From Squalus acanthias (taxonomy: Eukaryota), in contig CM059432.1 in the NCBI GenBank assembly GCA_030390025.1, positions 32,118,001 to 32,182,000 on the forward strand: a DNA stretch of 64,000 bases, written 5' to 3'. Each line of letters opens with the position of its first letter. Position 1 is the stretch's first letter. A program made the translations under genes and the position numbers. Of the stretch, positions 50,205 through 61,629 are shown piece by piece. The notes beneath the pieces are model-generated. The model searched no databases and was not told the origin of the DNA. It worked only from the letters and a program-made list of their open reading frames with translations.

Positions 50205-51059
50205 CTAAACCAGGAAAAATGAAAAAAATGATTAATAAAAATTATTTTTAAAAGTAGAGGCTGAGAGGAGAGGATGAGCAGCTAATTGAACAGTTACCTA
50301 ACCGGCCCATCAGCAGTACACATGGAAACATGACTGCATTGAAACCAAACATTTGAGCTACTGATTAAGTCGATCACTATGACCAGATTCCATTCTATCA
50401 GGAACCATAACATCAGAACACCTGAAGACTGGCCTCGCCTGCTTTAACAGAAGTAATCCACATGGGTCGTACAGGTGTGTGGCTGGAAAGAAAATGAAGC
50501 AGTTAGCTGAGAAAGATGTATCTAATTGTGCGTTATTTAAATTGGTGCAACTGACAAGAGAAGTCCAGTTGGAGCGTCGGAGCTATTAGCGGCTGTAGTT
50601 ACTGCACTCATTATGCCACAATTTCATTTCAAGTCAGCGCTTCTGACACTCAGAAACACCATCATCAAAGCTAGCAGATTTAAAAAAACACACACACACA
50701 GAAATGTGCCCGAAGCTTTAATCTCCTCACTCACTGGTGTGGTTTTTCATGCAGCTGGATGTCTGTGTCGATATATATATATATATATATACTACGCAAT
50801 GGGCCGTCCCTCCCAGAAGAGTGGAGAAATGCAGAGAGAAATGCAGAGAGAAACCCTTTATATCAGGAAACCCTTGTAGGCTCCAAGCCAACAGGCTCTC
50901 TGGAAAGATTCCACATCCGGTCAATATTTTTCAATCACTTCACTAATTTCTGGGATAAAAAAATGTTCTCACCCACTTCCTCCTCTAATTTTATCCTTTC
51001 TTCTAAGCACTGAGGCTTTCACTGGTGCATGGTTTCCTGGCCAACATTCACCCTCGGGT

Positions 51060-51462
51060 ACGCTTTACAACCAATTGAATACTTTTGAAGTGTAGTCTCT
51101 GTTGTAATGTAAGAAGTGCGGCAGCCAATTTGTGCACAGCAAGGTCCCACAAACAGCAATTTGATAATACCAGATAATCTGTTTTAGTGATGCTGGTTGA
51201 GGGATGAATATTGGCCAGGACTCCGGGGGAACACCATGCTCTTCTTCAAAATAGTGCCATGAGATCTTTTACATCCACCTGAGGGAGCAGACGGGGCCTC
51301 GGTTTAATGTCTCATCTGAAAGATGGCACTTTCGACAGTGCAGCACACCCTCAGTACTGCACTGGAGTGTCAGCCTAGATTATGTGTTCAGGTCTCTGGA
51401 GTGGGACTTGAACCCACAACCTTCTGACTCAAAGACGAGAATGCTGATGCAAGACTGACACC
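51060..51462 (-). mobile_element. Deu-type SINE
   Basis: Same family as 42889-43350. Confidence 0.85.
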
Positions 51463-52084
51463 TGCCTGTCCTACTTTCTCATATATTTGTGTGTTATTTT
51501 CTCATAAGCGCTATCTGCGTGTGAGGCTCCCATTGCAGCATCAGGACTTGCAAAATATACCCTTTGATGTAGTGTATTAATCTATTCCATATTTTGCATC
51601 AGCCCTTTGACATAGTGCAGAGATCCATTCCAAGTTATGTATCTGACACTAGCATAGGCACTTGCTCATCAGTTGTCAGAAGAGAGAGACCAGCAGGATC
51701 AGTTAACACAAGCAGTGCTAGGGTAGGTTATTTGAACTGGTTTGAGACTGTTCGGTACTACATGTCGTAGATTGTCAATTGGCCACTGGGCATAAAACAG
51801 GCATTGCGGATTGCGCACCTGTTAAAGAAACTGTCTGATTTTCATTTCAATCAGCAACACCGGTTTTATGCCCGGATGACATGTTTGGCATCGACCTCAA
51901 AAATGTCTCAAGTTTTAATTTGCTGCAATCTCTTAAAACAGCATTTAGTAAGATAAGAATATACAGGACCGGAAAAGACCAGGTCAATCCATCTGACAAG
52001 ATCTAGCTTTCATAAAGAGAACATCCAGTTCACTACCAATATCCCTCAATTGATAGTCTTGCCAAATATTTGTTTAACTCATAC

Positions 52085-52260
52085 GTCATCCTGACTTGGA
52101 CATGTTGCTGAGCTACAATTTGCCCTTGGGGTACAGGTGAAAATACTGCCAAGGTTCTCACTCCTGACTTGCTGTCTACAGTCCCATGTGAAGAATGGTT
52201 AATTGAGCAAGTTATTGGAGGACAGGTGGAACTAGTTTGTAGGCTATCATGAATCAGCAC
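52085..52260 (-). CDS. Internal coding exon of the - strand gene: VLIHDSLQTSS...QQHVQVRM(T)
   Basis: Long polypyrimidine tract ending gaag|, 176 nt open frame, donor AC|gtatga. Confidence 0.7.
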
Positions 52261-52929
52261 CTTCAGGAGAGGTGGGGAGAAAATCCAAGAGGGAAAAATT
52301 AGAGAAAAACGTACAAATTCTTTAGTTGGATTGTGGTTCCATTTCCCAAACCAATTAATTCTATGTATCGTTGAGGTGGGTCAAGTTTAATAGGGCATTA
52401 CTAAATAATCCGACTCTGTCTATAAACAAGTAGGCTCCTCCCATAACTGTGATAAAATTCTGCGTAACACCTCCGATGCACTGTTTCAATACCAGCCTTT
52501 CTCACTACCGGGGCTAATTAGTGATTACATTCTTGGTTATTTAAATACAAATCACACCCACCCTTATATTAAATAACATGCTGCAAGAAGAAGCTCATTA
52601 TATTAATTAGTATCTAATAAAACTAAGAAATGCTTATTTACCAAAGGTATTTTTAAAAGTTAATCTTATTACACCAAAAGGCTTGTTTTCTATAGCGTGC
52701 TGTCTAAGTATGCAGACAGGCAGATAACAAGTGAATAGAAGAAAGAGGAAGACAAATGACTACATACCGCCATTAATAGGCTGAGGAAGCGTTCTCAGTC
52801 TGGCACTGCACAGAGGAACACTCAATGGATTACAGGTGGTGCCTCCTCTGCCAGATGTATGAGCCTTAAGACCACTCACCTTCACTGGATGAACACAATT
52901 CACCTCAGAAAGCACAATACTGAACGTGC

Positions 52930-53250
52930 TCCCTCAATCCAGTAAGAGTGCATCCTCAGCCTATTGAGAGCATTCCTTCAGCCTGTGATAGTATTCCCAC
53001 CAACCATTGAGAGTGCTCGCTCAGTCATTTAAGTGTTCCCTCAGCTGATTGAGATAGTTCTCCTACAGGATGGAAAGTGTTTCCTCAGTCAAATGGGACT
53101 ATTCTGGGAGTCATTTGTAACTTCTCACAGTGCAACAGAATGCTCTCAGCCAAATGACCTCGAGAGCACTCAATGGGCTGAGGGAATACCTTGAGAATCT
53201 GAAGGAGCATGATATTAAGAGGGAATACTCACAATGAGTTGAGGGAGCTC
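52930..53250. repeat. Degenerate ~22-bp minisatellite (consensus ~CCTCAGCCNATTGAGAGTGTTC) that flips orientation near 53160
   Basis: About 8 forward units at 52932-53104 and 3-4 reverse units at ~53164-53250. Confidence 0.65.
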
Positions 53251-53576
53251 TGTTAGCCCAATGAATGTTTTACAAGGCATCTCAACCCAACCTCAAAGAG
53301 CGCTGCTCAGAATTCTGAACAACGTGTCCTCATGAAACTGGCCTAAAAATTACACTGTTTGAAGAAAATTAAAAGTCTATTACTTCATTTAAGTAATTAA
53401 ATAGAAGTGATACGCTGTACGTAATAGAGGAAAAAACTGCAAGGAATGAATGAACACTTCCCAGAATAGATATTTACCAGATCAACTGCTGTCAGTTTTC
53501 CATTTCCAGCAATCCTTGTGGTTCCTCTCAATTTAGTACCAATCTTGTGCTGTTGACCTATGCCCCCTAGAAACTA

Positions 53577-54270
53577 TGATGCGGAGATGCCGGTGTTGGA
53601 CTGGGGTGGACAAAAGTGAGAAGTCGCACAACACCAGGTTATAGTCCAACAGTTTTATTTGAAATCACAAGCTTTTGGAGCGGCTGCTCCTTCGTCAGGT
53701 GAAGTGAAGGAATACAAATCGACAAAGCATATATAGACAGAGAACAATGCAATGTCTTAGAGACACACGACAACGCAAAATCATCGAGCAGAAACTGATA
53801 GCCAAGTTCCGCACTCATGAGGACGGCCTCAACCGGGATCTTGGGTTCATGTCACGGTACATGACGTAGAGTCATCCAGACTCGAGTCGTCGTTGGCTTG
53901 TTCAGATGTGATTTCCAGTAAAAATAAGTAAAAATTTTAAAGTTTATCGTTTTCCATACCGACTGCAGCTTTTGACACATTAGACCCCCTGTAACCCCAC
54001 CTCATTGTCTCAGTTGTATCTTGCTATGTCTTTGATGTGGTGCCTTCCTGTCTGACCTGATTGTTTATCTGCCGAGGTGTGACAAAAGGCAGTCAGGAGG
54101 ATTGAATGTAGTCGTCTGCCATTGTCCGTTACACATGCATTGTTCTCTATCTATATATGCTTTGTCGATTTGTATTCCTTTACTTCACCTGACGAAGGAG
54201 CAGCCGCTCCAAAAGCTTGTGATTTCAAATAAAACTGTTGGACTATAACCTGGTGTTGTGCGACTTCTCA
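53577..54270. mobile_element. Penelope family-2 insertion with inverted pseudo-LTR arms
   Basis: 12-bp TSD CCCTAGAAACTA (53565-53576 / 54271-54282), arms 53617-53751 and 54136-54270, and GIY-YIG C-terminus RDTRQRKIIEQKLIAKFRTHEDGLNRDLGF. Confidence 0.9.
54185..54222 (+). ncRNA. Hammerhead motif with G12>A substitution (mirror copy on - strand at 53665-53702)
   Basis: TCAC-CTGACGA-a-GGAGC-agcc-GCTCC-AAAA-G-CTT-GTGA. Confidence 0.7.
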
Positions 54271-54291
54271 CCCTAGAAACTAGACTGAGCC

Positions 54292-54506
54292 AACGTATAT
54301 CCCTCAAACAACACCACTTAAACAGTTTATCTGGTCATTTATCTCATTGCTGTTTGCGGGACCTTGTTGTGCGCAAATTGGCTACCACATTTGCCTACAA
54401 AACAACAGTGACTACACTTCAAAAGTACTTAATTGACAGTAAAGTGCTTTTGGATGTCCTGAAGGTGCGAAAGGAGCTATATAAATGCAAGTTCTTTCTT
54501 CTTTCT
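54292..54506 (+). mobile_element. 3' half of a Deu-type SINE
   Basis: atctggtcatttatctcattgctgtttg...tataaatgcaagttctttc. Confidence 0.8.
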
Positions 54507-56499
54507 TTAGTGCAAAGTTTATGCTGTTGACCTATGTCCCCTTAGAAAGTGGACTGAGATACCCAAGGTCATTTTATATAAGATTCTTGCAACTAGAAGA
54601 GAGAGAGCAACTCATACAATCATTTTGAGATGGATTTGGACCCAGGTTACAAAGGTGATAACATGCTTACCTACTGTGCCATGCAATGGCTAAAAGTACC
54701 TTATCTGGATACATTCATTCAATGTATAGAAAGTCATTCAATGTGTACAATAATGGTGCTTTGTTAGAAATTCTAGATTTTTCGTGTCCCTCTCCTGAAG
54801 GGGGAGGGAATAAAAAGTTCCAGAATTTCAGATTATGGGTGTGAGGTGGAAAATAAATCCCTAAAGGAAAAAGTACAAGTGGTTAGATATGGTTGGCTCT
54901 TAATGCCCTCATAGCAACTAGGGATGGGCAATCTGCTGCCTTGACAGTGTCGCCCACTTCCCAAGAACAAATAATTTAAAAATAAATTTTAAAAGGGATG
55001 CAATGAGGAATGCTTGTTCATTCATCAAACCTGCTCCTTTCTACAGACCACAATGAGCAGACTTGATGGGCTGCATGGCCTTTTTTATTATTTTTTATGT
55101 TATTAATATACTTCCCTTTACAGAGTTCGTCCCTCCCCTGAAATACAACACACAAGCCTTTGTTTTTGGAAACAGCTTTTCACACTTGACTTCCACTAGC
55201 AGAGGAAGAGAATCCATTTACTTATCAGCTACCCGGTCTAATTGCCAGTTTAAGGGATTATGTTTCCGCAGGGATTGAGAAAGGGCCACTTAAACGTGAG
55301 CTGGCGCAGCACCAGCAGGATTAGGAAAGAATCGTCTCCAGCAGTTCATTGCTGCCTCCCGCAAATAGCACCTCAAACTAGCCGACCTTTCTACCTCAGC
55401 GGCGAAAGGTACAAAGCGTAGCATGCTTCCTACATATATATATATATATTAAAAGAATGGATAAAACAAGCATCCGAAAGTTAAACACAGTCCAGCCAGG
55501 GAATCAATCACAGGGAAGTGGCTCGTACAAAGCTAATCAGAATGGGCACTGTTGTGCAAAGCTGGCACGGGGAGAGACAGCTGTTGCCGGACAACGCAGT
55601 TGGCTTAAGAACGGGGAAAAAAGAGAGGGGAATAAATCAAAACGACTTCCAGGCTTGCATTATTTGTCATCAATGTATGAAATAGTAGCCATCTGGAAAC
55701 AATAAAAAAAAGTATAAGGAGGTTCATTGTCAATTCACGAGTGATTGAAGAGACAAGTCATTTATTCATCCGCACAGGACGGATTTAAAATGTATTAAAA
55801 GTCCAGCTACCGCCGCCTTCCCTTTTACATGTCCCAGCTTCTGAACGCACATTAACCCTTTAAAGGAGCAGCATGCACGTTATTTTTTGCTTAAAATTAA
55901 TTATGAGTGCGCAGTTTGCCCTTGTCTCCCTAAATGACATTGCAATGATTTTTTGGGGGAATAAATTCATTGTCAGCTGGTTAGAGAATGCACTCCCTAG
56001 TGTGGTACCGAGCTATACAGATGCTAGGTTCGATCCAAGGCCTGTCCTCGGTCAGATCAGCGGTAGAGTCGCCATCACTGGCTTAGGCACCTCAAGGATA
56101 ATCAGAATAGAATCAAAAAAAGTAAACGGAGGTTCATTGTCAACTCACTAGTGATTGAGAGACAAGTCACTTATTCATCCGCACAGGACGGATTTAAAAT
56201 ATATTAAAAGTCCAGCTATCGCACATCTAATTATACAGCACAGAAAGAGGCCATTCGGCCCATCGTGCCTGTGCTGGCTCTTTGAAAGAGTTTTCCAATT
56301 AGTCGCACTCCCCTGCAATTTCCCCATAGCCCCGCAATTTTTTCCTTTTCAAGTGTATATCCAATTCCCTTTTAAAATGTTACTATTGAATCTGCTTCCA
56401 CCATCCTTTCATGATGCGGAGATGCCGGCGTTGGACTGGGGTGGACAAAAATGAGAAGTCGCACAACACCAGGTTATAGTCCAACAGATTTATTTAAAA

Positions 56500-56538
56500 T
56501 TACAAGCTTTCGGAGCTATCGCCCCCTTCGTCAGGTAA
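56500..56538 (-). ncRNA. Minimal hammerhead ribozyme (left arm)
   Basis: TTAC-CTGACGA-agGGGGC-gata-GCTCC-GAAA-G-CTT-GTAA with intact core. Confidence 0.78.
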
Positions 56539-57203
56539 AGTTACAATGAGTGAATCTACAAGAGTTCACAGAATATAAACACAGAAACTGCAGAGATACA
56601 ATCTTTCAGGGAAGGTGTCCTTACATCAAAGACACACCAAGAGCACAGCCAAGACAATGAGATGTGTCCCAGGGGGTCCAACGTGTCAAATCCTGCTGTC
56701 TGCAGTGTTTTTTTTGGGGGGTTTGTTTTTTGGGTTTGTTTTTTAAAAACTGGAAAGACAGACAACGATGTCAAGTCACGTTCTGTAGCATGACATGAAC
56801 CCGATATCCCTATTGAGGCCATCCTCATGAGTGCGGAACTTGGCCAAGGCGGCCTTCGAGACACACGACAACGCAAAATCATCGAGCAGAAACTGATAGC
56901 CAAGTTCCGCACTCATGAGGATGGCCTCAATAGGGATATCGGGTTCATGTCACGCTACAGAACGTGACTTGACATCATTGTCTGTCTTTCCAGTTTTTAA
57001 AAAACAAACCCAAAAAACAAACCGGAAAAAAAAACACTGCAGACAGCAGGATTTGACATGTTGGACCCCCTGGGACACATCTCATTGTCTTGGCTGTGCT
57101 CTTGGTGTGTCTTTGATGTAAGGACACCTTCCCTGAAAGATTGTATCTCTGCAGTTTCTGTGTTTATATTCTGTGAACTCTTGTAGATTCACTCATTGTA
57201 ACT

Positions 57204-57241
57204 TTACCTGACGAAGGGGCAATAGCTCTGAAAGCTTGTAA
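57204..57241 (+). ncRNA. Minimal hammerhead ribozyme (right arm)
   Basis: TTAC-CTGACGA-aGGGGC-aata-GCTCT-GAAA-G-CTT-GTAA with intact core. Confidence 0.78.
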
Positions 57242-57464
57242 TTTTAAATAAATCTGTTGGACTATAACCTGGTGTTGTGCGACTTCTCATTTTTGACCAT
57301 CCTTTCAGGCAGTGCATTCCAGATCATCATAACTCGCTGCATAAAAAAAGCCTCTCCTCATCTTCCCCCGGTTCTTTTGCCAATTATCTTAAATCTGTGT
57401 CCTCTGGTTACCGACCCACCTGCCAGTAGAAACAGTTTCTCCTTATTTACTCTACTACAACAAC

Positions 57465-57970
57465 AACCATTTGCATTTATATAGCACCTTTAATGTCGTA
57501 AAATGTGCCGAGGTGCTTCACAGGAGCACTATCAAACAAAATTTGACAAGAAGCCACATAAGATATTAGGGCAGATGACCAAAAGCTTGGTCAAAGAGGT
57601 AGGATTTAAGGAGCATCTTAAAGGAGGAAAGAGAGGTAGAGAGGCGGAGAGGTTTAGGGAGGGAATTCCAGACCTTAGGGCCTCGGCAGCTGAAGGCGCG
57701 GCCGCCAATGGTGGAGCGATTAAAATCGGGGATGCTCAAGAGGCCAGAATTGAAGGAGCACAGATATCTCGGAGGGTTGTAGGGCTGGAGGAGGTTACAA
57801 AGAAAGGGAGGGGCGAGGCCATGGAGGGATTTGAAAATAAGGATGAGAATTTTTAAAATCGAGATGTTGCTTAACCAGGAGCCAATGAAGGTTAGCGAGC
57901 ACAGGGGTGATGGGTGAATGGGACTTGGTGCGAGATAGGACATGTAGCAGAGTTTTGGATGAGCTTAAGT
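57465..57970 (-). mobile_element. L2-type LINE 3' end
   Basis: LHWLLVKQ, GGRAFSCRGPKVWNSLP and FKMLLKSYLFDQAF motifs. Confidence 0.88.
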
Positions 57971-58395
57971 TTAACAAAACCCTTCATAAGGATAAAGATG
58001 GGGGGAAAAAACCTAGGCTCCTACTCCTATAAATTGATCCCAGATGGGAAGTGTACATGTGTGGACATGATCAGCAGTGTAGCCAGGTGCACTCAGTGCA
58101 CACAAAAACATATACTTCTTTTATCTCTGGGGCAGAGAATTCACCCTTTAACAGTTGATTTGCGGCCCATGGGGAATAACTGTGTTCCTTTGACTGATGT
58201 TCTTCCTGCTAGTCCCTGGTTGCAGCTTGTACCTGAAACTGCTGCTTTATTCTGTGCTGCAAGTGGGAAATCAAATGGGCATTCATCATCTGAACCATTT
58301 TTTTATGATCTTGTAATCTAGGTAGACCTCCAGCTATGTCTGCGTACGGTATAAGAGCTCTGGGACTGAACTCCCAGTGGTGTCATCATGTTATC

Positions 58396-58812
58396 TTGGC
58401 TCAGTTGGTAGCAATCGCACCTCTGAGTCAAGATGGTAGGTTCGAACCCCACTCCAGGACCTTAGCACATCGTCTAAACTGACACTCCTTGCAGAACTGA
58501 GGGAGTGCTATACTGTCGGAGGTGCCAACCTTCAAACGTGACAATAAACTGAGGCCCCACCTGCCCGTTCAGTTGGACAAAGAGTGAGGAATTTGTTGTC
58601 CTGGCTAGAATTCCTCCCTTAACTGATGCCATCAAACACCGGATTAGCTAATCATTCATTCCATTGCTATTTGTAAGATCTTGCTGTACGGAAAATTGCT
58701 GCTCGATTGTCTTACATAACAATAATTGCACTCTACAAGTAATTCTTGTGACGCACTTGCGGATATTTCTGAGAGGCGCTGTGGGCATTGTATAAATGCT
58801 AACATTTCTTTC
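58396..58812 (+). mobile_element. Degenerate Deu-type SINE
   Basis: tggctcagttggtagc..ggttcgaacccc head and tataaatgc tail. Confidence 0.75.
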
Positions 58813-58874
58813 TTGGTTAAATGTAACTTGCCCGCAACCTTCACAGTACTTTCGCCGGCTCCTTATAATACTAA

Positions 58875-60660
58875 TAATAACAACTTGCACTTATATAGCA
58901 CCTCTAACATAGAAAAATGTCCCAAGGCGCTTCAAGGAGGCATAATTAGATAAACATAGAGACCGAATCAAAGAAGGATCTATTAGGAGGGCTGACCAAA
59001 AGCTTGGTCAAAGAGGTGGATTTTAAGGAGGGTCTTTACGGAGGAGAGGGAGGTGTAGAGGCAGAGGGGTTCAGGGATGGTATTACAATGCATAGGGTCT
59101 AGACTGCTGAAGGCACGGCCGCTAATGAAGAGAAACGAGGGAGTGGCGAAGAGGCCAGAGTCAGAGGAACATAGAGTTCTGGGGTGGGGGGGGGGGAGTT
59201 TTGTAGCACTGGAGGAGGTTACAGAGATAGGGAAGGACAAGGCCATGAAGGGATTTCAACACAAGGATGAAAATTTTAAATTGGAGAGGTTAGGGTGACT
59301 GGGAGGCAATGGATGAGCGGGACCTGATAGGCTACGGGCAGCAGGGTTTTTGCCGAGCTGAGGTTTACGTAGCGTAGAGGATGGGTGGCCAGCTGGGAGA
59401 GCATTGGAATAGTCAGGTCTGGAAGTGATTAAGGCATGGATGAGAGTTTCATCATGTTTAGGGTTTGACCTCTTTGACCAAGTTTTTGGCCAGCCCTCCT
59501 AATATCTCCTTCTTTCTTTGTATGAGATGTAAAATGATTCCTTTATAAGCTGTTTAGGATGGTTCAGTTTGGAGATATGGGAAGTGTGGAAAAAATGTGA
59601 CGGCATATTCCTGGGTTCAATCAAATCTACTATCTCTGTGATTTTACCTATATTTTATTTGGTGGAGAGTTGAATTAACCTGCTTTACATTGCACCTTTA
59701 ATGTAACAAAATATACCAAGGTTCTTCATAGTTCATCGTTAGATGTGAACAGGAGTAGGAGGGGAATTAGAGGAGGTGTCCATAGGCACTGACAAAGAGA
59801 TAGGTTATAAGGAGGTTCTTGAAGGTGGGGAGAGATTTAGCATTGTGGAGGGATTTAGGGAGAGAATTCCAGTGATGGGGCAAGATTGCTGAAGGTACTG
59901 TAGAGTTGGGTGAGCAATCAATATAGAACTGGAGGAAAGGTCTTCGACCTGAAAAGTTAGCTCTGTTTCTCTCTCCACGGATGCTGCCTGGCCTGCTGAG
60001 TTTTTCCAGCGTTTTCTGTTGTTATTTCGGATTTCCAGCATCCGCAGTATTTTGCTATCGTAGAACTGGAGGACGTTGCAGAGGTCAAGAGGAGCTAGGC
60101 CGTGGAATACCTTGTAGATGAGGACAAATAGTTAGAAGTCAGCACATGAACGTGAGCAAGGATAGGGTAATAGGTAAGTGAGACTAAGTGTGGCGTCAGA
60201 TGCAGGCATCAGAGCTTTGGATGAGGTGGAGTTCATTTCAAGTGGAGTTTGGAGGCCAGTGAGGAGAGCTTTGGAGAAATTAAGCCTAGTGTGGACAAAA
60301 GCATGAATGAGGTCTTTGGAGGCAGTGAGTGTGAGGTAGGAACAGAAATGGGTGAAGTTTCGAAGTTGGAAGAAGGTAGTCTCGGTGAGGACTGGATCTG
60401 GGGTGTGAAGCAATGTTCAAGGGCAAGAATGGGCATCGTTAAGTTGTGATTGATCAGTATCCAGGATGGGAGATGGAATCTGAGGCTCGAGTCCAGAGTT
60501 TCTGGATGAGGGCCGAAAAGGATGGCTTTGATCTTACCAGTCTTAAGCTGCTGAAAATTCCACTTCACCCACGAACGTGATGTCATACAGACTGGCGGAC
60601 AGCATAGTGATTGACATGGAATCAAGGATGGTGGTGGAGAGGTAAAGCTGGGCATCGACA
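58875..60660 (-). mobile_element. L2-type LINE fragments (two or more copies)
   Basis: LLKIHLFDQAF and LIHAFVHTRLNF motifs. Confidence 0.7.
59937..60060 (+). mobile_element. Penelope family-1 3' fragment beginning inside the hammerhead and including the tail
   Basis: Aligns with 35374-35462 and extends ~35 nt further. 13-bp TSD TAGAACTGGAGGA (59924-59936 / 60061-60073). Confidence 0.88.
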
Positions 60661-61629
60661 GCTCAAAATAGCATGACCAGATATAGAGTAAGATATAGAC
60701 TACATTTCAAAAGTACTTCATTGGCTGCAAAGCGCTTTGGGACGTCCAGTGGTCGTGAAAGGCACTATATAAATGCAAGTCTTTCTTTTAAATCCTTCCC
60801 AACTCTACCCCCACAGTGTGCCTTTGTCCAAATCGCAGAAGAACACTCCTTATTGTGTGATTTTCCTTCTCCCATACCAGCCGTCCTTAAGCTCTCTGAA
60901 AAAAATTAGTGGGCATTAAGAATTAAATATATGGTTTGGACCAGTGCTATCTAGGACCTGGCTTGAAGCTGCCCAAGGTCATTGCACACAGATCCTGCAC
61001 AGCAGACAGGGAAAAGGAGGTTTTAATTCCCTTGGTATTAATTGGATTTAGATCCTGGTTCCAGGTGTGAATGACTACTTTAATGATCCATTGCTCTACC
61101 CTGTTCTTCTATGTGTCAATTTGACTATATTGTGAGCACTGTTTCCTCTGGGTTAGAGGGTTTAGAGTTTAGCTCCATACCAGGGATAGAGCTCATAACA
61201 TAGATTGACACTCCAGTACAACACCAAGGGAGTGCGGCATTGTTGGAGGTGCCGTCCTTTAGATGAGATATTTAAACCAAGTTCCTGTCTGTCTGTCCCA
61301 GTGGCTCGACTGGAGTTAACGATCCCGAGAAAGGAGTGAAATTTCTGGGCTGCAGTGTCCTATAATCATGTCCCTTTTAGTTCACAAGATGGAGCTATAT
61401 CATCTTAACTGCTGAAGGAAGTTCTCCACTACTGGGAGTATTTCTCTTGTGTCATATCTGGGTCTGTTGTAAACTAATTGATAGAGATTGATTGCTATGA
61501 TTAATCAGCAGCTCCATTATTGTTGTATCATGCAACTACCAGAATGGAAGAAGGCGAACTAGTTGGCCCATGATCTATTTTTGTATAGCAATTCCTATAT
61601 TCCTAGGAAACATATCTGTCCAACACCAT

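Larger units (their letters stand above)
56412..57295. mobile_element. Penelope family-2 insertion forming a ~400-bp near-perfect inverted repeat, inside a CR1 3' fragment (-, ~56230-57455)
   Basis: 12-bp TSD ACCATCCTTTCA (56400-56411 / 57296-57307), arms 56446-56844 and 56899-57295, 54-bp spacer. Confidence 0.93.

Noticed and set aside
52930..53250. CRISPR-like array
   Set aside because: Vertebrate context, abutting degenerate units with no unique spacers, and no cas genes.
53548..54560. ~36-bp direct repeat (tgctgttgacctatg..tagaaa) as a composite-element boundary
   Set aside because: Best explained as an old duplication flanking the SINE fragment, later split by the Penelope; no evidence of joint mobility.
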